Below the pieces are notes generated by a model, which made no database searches, was not told the origin of the DNA, and saw nothing but the letters and a program-made list of their open reading frames with translations. A DNA stretch of 64,000 nucleotides from Actinomycetota bacterium. Lineage in GTDB: Bacteria > Actinomycetota > Thermoleophilia > Gaiellales > F1-60-MAGs149. How positions within the stretch are numbered: position 1 is the first letter of the stretch; the number at the start of each line of letters is the position of its first letter. The position numbers were made by a program, and so were the translations under genes. Where the stretch lies: positions 10,785-74,784 of the forward strand of contig JAPLCF010000031.1 in the NCBI GenBank assembly GCA_026392355.1, given 5' to 3'. Shown here piece after piece: positions 41,595-51,300 of this stretch.

Positions 41595-42505
41595 GACGCG
41601 GCCTCCGCCTGGTCGCCGGCGATCGCGAGGAAGACATCCTCGAGCGTGGGGCGCTCGACGGTGAGCCCCTCAAGCTCGAGCCCACGGCCCTCGGCCCAGG
41701 AGCAGAGCTTTGCCAAGTCGGGCGTCGGTGCGGTCGTCTCGATGCGCACCTCACCGCCGGTCAGGAGCGCGGGCTTCGACAGCTGCGGCAGCGCGTCGAG
41801 TGCGAGACCCGTCGGGAGAACGAAGCGAATCTCGACGTCACCGCGTAGGGCCTGCAGCTCGGCGGGCGTGCCGAGCGCCGCGACCTTGCCGTCACGCATG
41901 ACGGCCACGCGGTCGGCGAGCACCTGCGCCTCGTCCATGTAGTGCGTCGTCAAAAAGACGGTGGTACCGAGGTCTCGCAGGCCACTGATGACATCCCAGA
42001 ACTGGCGGCGAGCGTCGGGGTCAAAGCCGGTGGTGGGCTCGTCGAGAAAGACGAGTTCGGGGTTGCCGATCAGTGCCACACCGACGTCGAGGCGGCGCTG
42101 CTGGCCACCCGATAGGCGGCCGGCGCGCTGGTCGGTCTGCTCCTCGAGCCCGACGAGGGCGATCACCTCGTCGACGCCGCGGGGGTGCGGGAAGTACGCG
42201 GCGTAGAGGCGGAGGGTCTCGCGCACCGTCAGCGCGCCGAGCGGCCGGCTCTCCTGCAAGACGATGCCGAGCTTCGCGCGCCAGTCGGCACCGGCGGTGG
42301 CCGGGTCCTCTCCGAGCACGAGCACGTCGCCGCCGTCACGCTCGCGGTAGCCCTCGAGGATCTCGGTCGTCGTGGTCTTGCCTGCGCCGTTACGCCCGAG
42401 GAACGCCAGCACCTCACCGCGCTGCACTTCGAGATCCAAGCCGTCGACGACGTTGCGGTCGCCGTAGCGCTTGATCAGGCCAGTCACGGAGATGGCGGGA
42501 GTCAC
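41591..42505 (-). CDS. ABC exporter ATP-binding protein (DrrA-like)
   Basis: GRNGAGKTT, LSGGQ, LDEPTTGFD, TTHYMDEA, PTLEDVF. Confidence 0.93.
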   Translation of the reverse strand: MTPAISVTGLIKRYGDRNVVDGLDLEVQRGEVLAFLGRNGAGKTTTTEILEGYRERDGGDVLVLGEDPATAGADWRAKLGIVLQESRPLGALTVRETLRLYAAYFPHPRGVDEVIALVGLEEQTDQRAGRLSGGQQRRLDVGVALIGNPELVFLDEPTTGFDPDARRQFWDVISGLRDLGTTVFLTTHYMDEAQVLADRVAVMRDGKVAALGTPAELQALRGDVEIRFVLPTGLALDALPQLSKPALLTGGEVRIETTAPTPDLAKLCSWAEGRGLELEGLTVERPTLEDVFLAIAGDQAEAAS

Positions 42506-42557
42506 GGGCGCATCCTACCGCCGCGCCGGATCACCGTGGAGCGCGAAGATCCCGGTG

Positions 42558-43427
42558 ATGGAGTCCGCCGCCCGACCGAGCCTGCCGCGCCGCCTGGCGA
42601 ATCTCGTGCGCCTCGAGCATTCGCTGTTTGCGCTGCCGTACGCGCTCGTCGGCGCGCTGCTCGCCGCTGACGGCCTGCCGCCGCTGCTCGAGCTGCTCTG
42701 GGTTGGCATCGCAATGGTTGCGGCGCGCACGCTGGCGATGGGCCTCAACCGCCTGATCGACGCCGAGGTCGACGCGCGCAATCCGCGCACTGCGGGGCGC
42801 GAGATTCCTGCAGGCCTCGTCACCAAGGGCCAGGTCGTCGGCCTCTGCGTGCTCTCGCTCGTGGTGCTGATCATCGCGTGCTTCAACCTCGCGCCGATGA
42901 CGCGCTGGCTCTGGCCGTTCGTGGTGATCCCGTTCCTGATCTACCCGTACATGAAGCGCTTCACGTGGGCGTGCCACCTGTGGCTCGGCCTCTGCATCGG
43001 CCTGGCACCGGTCGCCGCGTACGTCGCGATTTCCGACACGTTGCCGCTCGCCTCGTTCTGGCTGCTCGGCGTCGTCGGCTTCTGGATCGCAGGCTTCGAC
43101 ATCATTTACGCGACGATGGACGTCGAGAGCGACCTCGCCGAAGGCATTCACTCGGCACCCGCCGACTTCGGCATCGGCCGTGCGCTCTGGTTTGCCCGCG
43201 TGCTCCACCTGCTGAGCATCGTCTCGATGATCGGGGTCGGCGTCTGGGCGGGTCTCGCCTGGCCGTACTGGATCGCCGTCGCAGCCTGTGCCGCGCTGTT
43301 GATCTACGAGCACGCGATCGTGCGCGAGAACGACCTCTCGAAGGTCAACCAGGCGTTCTTCAACGTCAATGTGATCCTCGCGTTCCTGTATCTCGCAGGC
43401 GTGGTCGCAGCACTCATCGTCGGGTGA
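42558..43427 (+). CDS. UbiA-family prenyltransferase, MqnP-like (futalosine menaquinone pathway)
   Basis: EHSLFALPYA, ART.AM..NR.ID...DARNPRT..REIP.G, YPY.KRFT, GFDIIYA.MD, AFFN.N. Confidence 0.88.
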   Translation: MESAARPSLPRRLANLVRLEHSLFALPYALVGALLAADGLPPLLELLWVGIAMVAARTLAMGLNRLIDAEVDARNPRTAGREIPAGLVTKGQVVGLCVLSLVVLIIACFNLAPMTRWLWPFVVIPFLIYPYMKRFTWACHLWLGLCIGLAPVAAYVAISDTLPLASFWLLGVVGFWIAGFDIIYATMDVESDLAEGIHSAPADFGIGRALWFARVLHLLSIVSMIGVGVWAGLAWPYWIAVAACAALLIYEHAIVRENDLSKVNQAFFNVNVILAFLYLAGVVAALIVG

Positions 43428-43480
43428 GCCAGCCGACGTTCGCCCTTGGCGAGCTTTGGTGGTCGCCTACGATCCACGGT

Positions 43481-44629
43481 ATGCGCAATCGCATCCTGCT
43501 CACGCTGCTGCTCGCTCTGATCGTCGCTGCCGTCGCCGCGCCGGCACAGGCGGCCACGACGGGATGCGACCTCACCGGCGACACCCGCCGCGCCAATGAC
43601 TGCATCACGCACTCCCATGTCGGCGCCACGGCCGACGGCCGGATGCGTCCCGGCGACACGATCACGATCCGCCAGCGCATCGCCGATTCGCTGCGCGGGC
43701 GCCCGCTGGTCGTTGAGGTGCAGATGCGGCGCGTTGCTCGCGACGGGAAGAAGGGGCCATGGGTTGGTCTCCGCCGCTCGCGCTGGTCCGCGGCCGATTC
43801 GGCAGCCCACGCGACCCGCACGATCGACGTCTGCCGTGCGAAGCTCGCCGGGCGTTACGAGTTCCGCACCGCGGTTCGTGTGCCGCGCTCGGGGCTGATG
43901 GGTCGCACAGCGCGCCAGGTCACGGGAGAGATCGCCGTTAGTGCGCCGACGATGGTGGCGTTGCCGCAGGGGGTGTTCTCCGGCGCGTGTCCGAACTCGC
44001 CGGACGACGAGATGATCATCGAGTACTTCAATCAGATCGAATTCAGCGAGGACATCTACTTCAACATCATCGACCAGGGGACGTCATTCGCGCTCTCGCT
44101 GAGCTGCCCCCCGCAGCAGTCCCCGGACTTCCCGCCGCCCGCGTTTGGCATGTACATGGGGCTTCATGGCGCGCAGTCTGGTGTCGCATGCAACGGAAGT
44201 GCCTTGATTTTTGACAAGGCGACGCTAAATCGCGGCGGGTATTACGGGTGTGGAATGCGAGGAATGTTGCCGATGTGCACCTTCGATATCTTCGCCTACA
44301 ACGAGATCACGCAGGCCATCTTCAGCGACACGCTGCTACAGGTCACGTTCCCGGGCATCACCACCGCGTATACCCCCAGCACCGACCCGTCTAAGTGGCC
44401 GACCACGACGATCATCCCGAATCTCAACCCGGCCACGCTCCCGCTCTGCCCGTCGAATTTCAATCCCTGCGTGCTGGAAGGCACCTGCACGCTGACGTCG
44501 TCGAAGACCGGTTCGCTCACGCTTTGCGACAGTGCGGACGGCTCGTCGTGCACCGCTCCGCCGGTGAACAACACGTACTCCTACAACGAGAACGTGTATT
44601 TCCAGACGGCCATCCAGGCGCCGGCCTAG
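43481..44629 (+). CDS. Hypothetical secreted cysteine-rich protein
   Basis: Signal peptide MRNRILLTLLLALIVAAVAAPAQA; about 13 Cys in the mature part; TACGAT -10 at 43468-43473. Confidence 0.75.
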   Translation: MRNRILLTLLLALIVAAVAAPAQAATTGCDLTGDTRRANDCITHSHVGATADGRMRPGDTITIRQRIADSLRGRPLVVEVQMRRVARDGKKGPWVGLRRSRWSAADSAAHATRTIDVCRAKLAGRYEFRTAVRVPRSGLMGRTARQVTGEIAVSAPTMVALPQGVFSGACPNSPDDEMIIEYFNQIEFSEDIYFNIIDQGTSFALSLSCPPQQSPDFPPPAFGMYMGLHGAQSGVACNGSALIFDKATLNRGGYYGCGMRGMLPMCTFDIFAYNEITQAIFSDTLLQVTFPGITTAYTPSTDPSKWPTTTIIPNLNPATLPLCPSNFNPCVLEGTCTLTSSKTGSLTLCDSADGSSCTAPPVNNTYSYNENVYFQTAIQAPA

Positions 44630-44643
44630 CTGTTCTGCTCATG

Positions 44644-44667
44644 AGAACCCGTGAGACGGTTCTTTTG
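44644..44667 (+). terminator. Possible intrinsic terminator
   Basis: agaacccgt-gag-acggttct followed by ttt downstream of the 44629 stop. Confidence 0.45.
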
Positions 44668-44669
44668 TC

Positions 44670-44793
44670 GATCGGGTGTGGATGTTCCAAAGGGGTCAGA
44701 CCCTTTTGGAACATGAGCGACGCTGTCGGCCTGCCGTGAACGGCTGAGATGTTCCAAAAGGGTCTGACCCCTTTGGAACATCCACACCCGATC
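44670..44793. repeat. REPIN-like doublet: perfect 45-bp inverted repeat; arms contain a GGGGTCAGACCC-centred palindrome
   Basis: 44670-44714 gatcgggtgtggatgttccaaaggggtcagacccttttggaacat is the exact reverse complement of 44749-44793; 34-bp spacer. Confidence 0.92.
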
Positions 44794-44860
44794 ACCGCCA
44801 CGAAGCGCGTTGGCGCGTGACGTCGCAGAGGTTCATGTGCTGAACACCTGGCTGCCCAGG

Positions 44861-45280
44861 TCAGGCGACGATCGACGCCACGAGCCGTGCCCGCAGGTCG
44901 TCGGGCAGGCGCTTCGACTCGGTGTGCTCGGGATTGGTGTGCACGAGCACGCCGCGCGCACTGGCGCACAGGCGGTCGTCGCTCGAAGCGTGCACGGTCT
45001 CGCGCAGCGTGATCGACGAGTTGCCGACGCTCTCGACCTCGACCTGCACGATCGCGTCGCCGTCCTCCTGCGTCATCTGCGAGACGAAGTCAATCGAGAC
45101 GTGGCGCACGACGAACTCGGTCAGCTCGGTGATGCCCTCACCGAGTGCGTTCTCCAGCCACGCGTCGCGGCCCTCCTCGAGGTAGTTGAGGAAGACGGCG
45201 TTGTTGACGTGGTTGAAGCCGTCGAGGTCGCGCCAGCGGATGGGCACGACCTTGCGGCCGGGTTCGATCGGGGTGGTCAT
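44861..45280 (-). CDS. Acyl-CoA thioesterase (4HBT/YbgC hotdog family)
   Basis: RWRDLDGFNHVNNAVFLNYLEEGR, VGNSS. Confidence 0.9.
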   Translation of the reverse strand: MTTPIEPGRKVVPIRWRDLDGFNHVNNAVFLNYLEEGRDAWLENALGEGITELTEFVVRHVSIDFVSQMTQEDGDAIVQVEVESVGNSSITLRETVHASSDDRLCASARGVLVHTNPEHTESKRLPDDLRARLVASIVA

Positions 45281-46098
45281 AGCTGGAATTCTCCCCGGGC
45301 GACCACCCGGCACGAGCCGCCGACACGCGGCGCCTCGCCCGGTGCGACATCGACCTCGATGTAGGAGGGGCGCAGCATCTCGACGCCCTGCAGCATCGTG
45401 ATGCGCCCGGGCTCCACGACACCGCTCTGCAAGAGGTGCGCACCGAGTGCACCAGCGGCGGAGCCGGTAGCAGGGTCTTCCCAGATGCCGTCGAGCGGCG
45501 AGAACATGCGCGTGCGCATGATGCCGTCCTGCTCGGGCGCCCACAGGTAGATGGTGTGCATGTTGTACTCGGCGAGCGCCTGCATGTTGGGCGTGGCCTT
45601 CGACACGTCGGCGACGGGGCAGAGCAGGTGATTGATGCCGTTGGCGGCCTTGGCTGGCTCGCCGATCAGCGGCACGCCAAGCGCGCGGCCGAGTTCCTCG
45701 ACATTCACGTCGGCCGGGCCGATAAGTGGGTCGGGCTGCGTCATGCGTCCGCCGACTAGCGTGCCGCCCTCGCGCTCGATCTCGACAGGAATGATGCCCA
45801 TACCGGTCTCGAAGCCGATCAGGTGGATCGGCGTGGCGCGCGCAATCACCCAGGCCGACCCGAGCACCGGGTGCCCGGCAAAGGGGATCTCCTCGGCGGG
45901 CGTGAAGATGCGCAGCCGTGCTGTGCCGCCCTCGGTCGCGCGCTGCAGAAACGTCGTCTCCGACAGATTCGTCTCGCGCGCGAGCGCCTGCATCGTGTTG
46001 TCGTCGAGGCCGTCGGCGCCGGTGAAGACCGCGAGCGGATTGCCCTCAAGCGGGGTGGCAGTGAAGACGTCGACGATCACGTAGCGAAGCGTGCGCAT
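45277..46098 (-). CDS. PhzF-family isomerase/epimerase
   Basis: VDVFT...GNPLAV, MQ.LARETNLSETTF, RIFTP..E.PFAGHP, EDPATGSA. Confidence 0.93.
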   Translation of the reverse strand: MRTLRYVIVDVFTATPLEGNPLAVFTGADGLDDNTMQALARETNLSETTFLQRATEGGTARLRIFTPAEEIPFAGHPVLGSAWVIARATPIHLIGFETGMGIIPVEIEREGGTLVGGRMTQPDPLIGPADVNVEELGRALGVPLIGEPAKAANGINHLLCPVADVSKATPNMQALAEYNMHTIYLWAPEQDGIMRTRMFSPLDGIWEDPATGSAAGALGAHLLQSGVVEPGRITMLQGVEMLRPSYIEVDVAPGEAPRVGGSCRVVARGEFQL

Positions 46099-46122
46099 GT
46101 CGGCACGATACCGCGCACCCCT

Positions 46123-46143
46123 GTGTAGCGTTTTGCACTACAC
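46123..46143. promoter_or_regulatory. Putative antitoxin autoregulatory operator overlapping the -10 box
   Basis: GTGTAG-N9-CTACAC inverted repeat overlapping TACACT (46139-46144), 7 nt before ATG 46152. Confidence 0.5.
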
Positions 46144-46151
46144 TGCGCTGC

Positions 46152-46565
46152 ATGGCCACTCCACTTAGCCTCCGCTTCAAGGAAGACACCCTCCAGCGCC
46201 TCTATTTCCAGGCCAAGCTGGCAGGTGTGCCGCCGCGCACGCTCGCCCAGCGGATGGTCGAAGAGGCGCTGCGCATGACGGAGCACCCGCTGATCGACTT
46301 CACCGACAACGGTGCTGCGCGACGGGCGCGCGTGCGCGGCACGGGCATCGAGGTGTGGGAGATGATCGACATCGTCAAGGCACACAACGGCGACCTCGCA
46401 GCAGCTGCCGAGAGCACGGACAAGCCGATCGGAGTGGTCGAGGCAGCGGTTGCGTACTACGGCGACTATCCGGACGACATCGACGACCTGGTCGAAGCGA
46501 ACCGCGCCTTCTCCGAGCGCGAGCGGGCCGCGTATCGCGCCGGGTTGGAGCGCCTCGCCGGTTGA
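46152..46565 (+). CDS. DUF433-like antitoxin with N-terminal RHH-like segment
   Basis: LSLRF...L, EEALRM.EHP.I.F.D, RRARV.GTG.EVWE, V.AA.AYY.DYPDDID. Confidence 0.8.
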   Translation: MATPLSLRFKEDTLQRLYFQAKLAGVPPRTLAQRMVEEALRMTEHPLIDFTDNGAARRARVRGTGIEVWEMIDIVKAHNGDLAAAAESTDKPIGVVEAAVAYYGDYPDDIDDLVEANRAFSERERAAYRAGLERLAG

Positions 46566-46900
46566 GGCTGCTCCTCGACGCGATGCTTTCGGCCAAGCTG
46601 GCGGGCATGCTGCGCGAGCGAGGCATTGATGCCGAGGCGATCGACGGCCGGCGCGAGCTCGAGGGATTGTCGGACGATGCGGTGCTGGAGTGGGGACGAG
46701 TTGAGCGGCGCGTCATCGTGACACGGAATAACCGACATTTCTGCGAGCGCGGACGGCGCGCCATTTGGGAGGGCACGGGGCACGGAGGGTTGATCCTCCT
46801 GCAGGAGCGTGGCCCGGCGATGGGCGTCTTGATCGCGGAGCTGGAGAGACTGGGCGAGGAGTTCCCCGGCGACCACGACCTCCACAACCGCGAGGTCTAG
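46562..46900 (+). CDS. DUF5615 PIN-like toxin (VapC45-like)
   Basis: TTG start overlapping the antitoxin stop; LLLD.M, G.SD..VL, R.IVT.N..HF, H.GLI. Confidence 0.8.
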   Translation: MRLLLDAMLSAKLAGMLRERGIDAEAIDGRRELEGLSDDAVLEWGRVERRVIVTRNNRHFCERGRRAIWEGTGHGGLILLQERGPAMGVLIAELERLGEEFPGDHDLHNREV

Positions 46901-46910
46901 CTCTAGCGCA

Positions 46911-46933
46911 AATTTCTAGGAACGCCTAGAATT
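46911..46933. promoter_or_regulatory. DtxR/MntR-type metal-responsive operator upstream of mntH
   Basis: aatTTCTAGG-aacg-CCTAGAAtt palindrome (TAGG-N4-CCTA core) overlapping the TAGAAT -10 box, 6 nt before GTG 46939. Confidence 0.65.
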
Positions 46934-46938
46934 CCGAT

Positions 46939-48261
<1,323 letters not shown>

Positions 48262-48379
48262 GCTAATTTCAGCTCGCTGCAGTGGGCTGGATCACTGAAG
48301 CGGCGAGCCACAGCGCCCATGGGGGGATACCCCGACATTTGGGCACACATGTGAAAGCACTGTCACCTACCGTTTTGGC

Positions 48380-51300
48380 TTGTATATGCCGTTTTCGGCC
48401 CAGGATCGTCCGGAAGGCAAACCGCCATTCCGGGTCGGAGCACCCCGGTGCTCCCGCTTCGCGTTGGCCTTCATCGCCACGCTGGTCGCGGCGTGCGCGT
48501 TTGCGCTGCCAGCGCAGGCGGCGGACGACACGGCGCTATCGCTGAACGGCACGTCGCAGTACGTCTCATCGACGAGCTCGATCTTCGCATCGAACACGAC
48601 GTTCACGTACGAAGCCTGGGTTCGTATTACGAGCACGAGCACGTGCGGTACCGCGGGGTACTGCTGGATTGTGGGACGCGATGGCGATGCCGGCATCGCC
48701 ATCCGCGGTGGTACTTACCACTGGTACTTGTACACCAGCGCCGGCTGGACCACCTGGCTCGACTCGGGCGTTCCGGCCCGTGCAGGGGAGTGGGCGCATG
48801 TCGCGCTTGTGCGCTCGACGACATCGGCCTGGCTGCGGATCAACGGCACGACCGTCGACACGCGAACAGGGCTTGGAGCGTCGGTTTCGGCCTACTCGAG
48901 CAACATGTCCGGCTACCCGTTCCGCGTCGGTCTTGTGGGCTTGACGAGCACGACGAATTACTTCCCTGGAAGCATCGACGAGGTGCGGTACTGGACCACG
49001 GCGCGAACCGAGGCACAGATCCAAACGGATATGCGCACGTGGGGGCCGGCCAATGCGACGGGCCTCGTCGGCTACTGGGACTTCAACGACGGCTCGGGGG
49101 CGACCGCTGCGAACCGCGTCACGGGAGCTGCGGCGGGATCGGCCCTGACGATCACCGGGTCGCCGTCGTGGGTCGACACGAAGACGTCGGCTACGAGCGG
49201 CGGTCGTACCGTGGTCACGTTCCCGCGCTCGTACCTCACCTCCGACGGCGGCTGGACAGCGCCGACCGGCGTCACGAGCGTGGACTACCTCGTGGTCGCC
49301 GGCGGTGGCGGCGGTGGCGCGTGGGTCGGTGGTGGTGGCGGCGGCGGTGGTGTGCTGCAGGGAACAAAGACCGTCACGACCGCGGCCAACACGGTGACGG
49401 TCGGCATGGGTGGCCTCGGCACGCTCTGGGGAACCGCCAGCACGACGGTCGCGGCTCGGTCCGGTACGAACGGCCTATCATCGATCTTCACCGACCAGAC
49501 GGCGATCGGCGGCGGTCTCGGCGGCAGTTACAGCGGCACGCCCGCCGCCGCTACCGGCGGTTCGGGTGGCGGCGCCGGTTTCTCGTCGGGCAATGGCGCA
49601 GGCACGGGCTCGGGCGCCACGCGCCAGGGCTTTGTCGGCGGCATCGGCACGGCGGCAGGAGCCTTCCCCGCCGGTGGCGGCGGCGGCGCGGGGGCGGTCG
49701 GCGGCAACGCATCAGGATCGACCGGCGGCTCTGGCGGCGCCGGACGCCCGTCGTCGATCGCCGGCACGTCGGCGCGCTACGGCGGCGGCGGTGGTGGCGG
49801 CGTGCACTCCGTCGGAACCGTGGGCACCGGCACGGACGGCGGTGGCAATGGCGCGACGTACACGACGGCGAAGGCGGGCAGCGGCACGATCGGCACCGGT
49901 GGTGGTGGCGGCGGTGGTGGCAACCCGAACACCTTCGCCTCCGAGGGCGGCAACGGCGGCTCGGGCACGGTGATCCTCTCCTACGCCGACCCCGCCGGGC
50001 CCGTGACGATCCCGACCGATCTCTCGCGCAGCTTCGGCGGTACGCCCGATACGGTCTACGTCGCCGATCAGGCCGGCGTCGACCTGGCAGGCACGTTCAC
50101 CTTCGAGGCATGGGTGCGGCCGTCGAACGCGACGGGCCTTCAGAGCCTGTTCCGCAAGCAGGACGCGTACACGATCGGTATCGACTCGGGCGTCTTGAAG
50201 TACGCGCTGAACGGCACGCTCTCGCCCCCGTGGTTGTGGCAGTCCACCGACCTATCCATCCCCACCGGGTCGTGGACCCACATCGCGTTCGTCAAGGACG
50301 GCACGACCGTGTCGGTTTACCTCAACGGGAGCGCCACGGCGTCGTTCACGGGCTCGACCGGTGTGCCGGCGACGCTGCAGAACACCGCGTACCCCCTGTA
50401 CGTCGGCGCCAACGGCGCGACCTGCACCGTGCCGATGGCGGTGTGCGACACCGCGGGCGCCGAGTTCTACAGCGGGCTTATCAGCGAGTTCCGCCTCTGG
50501 TCGACCGCGCGCACCGGTGCGCAGATCGCCAGCGCGTACAACAAGCGGCTGGCGTCGAACCTGCTGACGTTCCCGTTCGACGAGCCGTCGGGCACTGTCG
50601 CCTACAACACGGCGCTCACGGGCGGCAGTGCGCTCAATGGCACCTACAGCGGCACTGCCTCGTCGGCCACGATCCCGACGCTGTCGTCCCCGACCACCTT
50701 CGCCACCACAGACGTGGCGGCGTTCAGCGGCTTTCTCCCGGCGTACGACGCGGCGGGCGACGTCACCTTCGCGGTCGGCAGCCAGGGAACCAAGGGCTCC
50801 GTCGCGATCACCTCGGCGACCGGTGCCTTCACCTACACACCAACGACGAACTCGACGGGCCTCGACGCTTTCACCTACACCGCCACACGTGGCAGTACGA
50901 CGTCGGCGGCGCAGTCGATCGGTGCCAGCATCACGGATGCCACTGCGCCGACAGTATCGAGCTTTACGTCGGCGGCCACATCGCCGACGAATTCCTCGAG
51001 CATCACGTACACCCTGACGTTCTCGGAGTCCGTAACGGGTGTCGCAGCAGGCGACTTTTCTAATGCCGGCAACGCGACGGGCTGTGTGTACGCGCCGGGT
51101 ACCGACAGCGGGACGACGCGTACGGTCACGATCAGCAGCTGCTCGGAGGGCACCGTCGTGCCGCAGTTTGCGAGTGGGGGCGCCACCGATACGGCGGGCA
51201 ATACGGGGCCGGCCTCGGCTGCCGCTGGCTCGTCGCTCTTGATCGACCGCACGGCGCCGACTGCGACGCTCACCGCTGTCACCTCGTCGCCAACGAACGC

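Noticed and set aside
48414-48460. GGCAAACC as a c-di-GMP-I riboswitch before the giant gene
   Set aside because: Lacks the GAAA-capped stem and the downstream GCAAAG element, and lies inside the probable coding frame.
49290-49965. GGC/GGT-rich low-complexity tract as a non-coding repeat
   Set aside because: It encodes the glycine-rich domain (YLVVAGGGGGG...GGSGTVILSY) of the giant protein.
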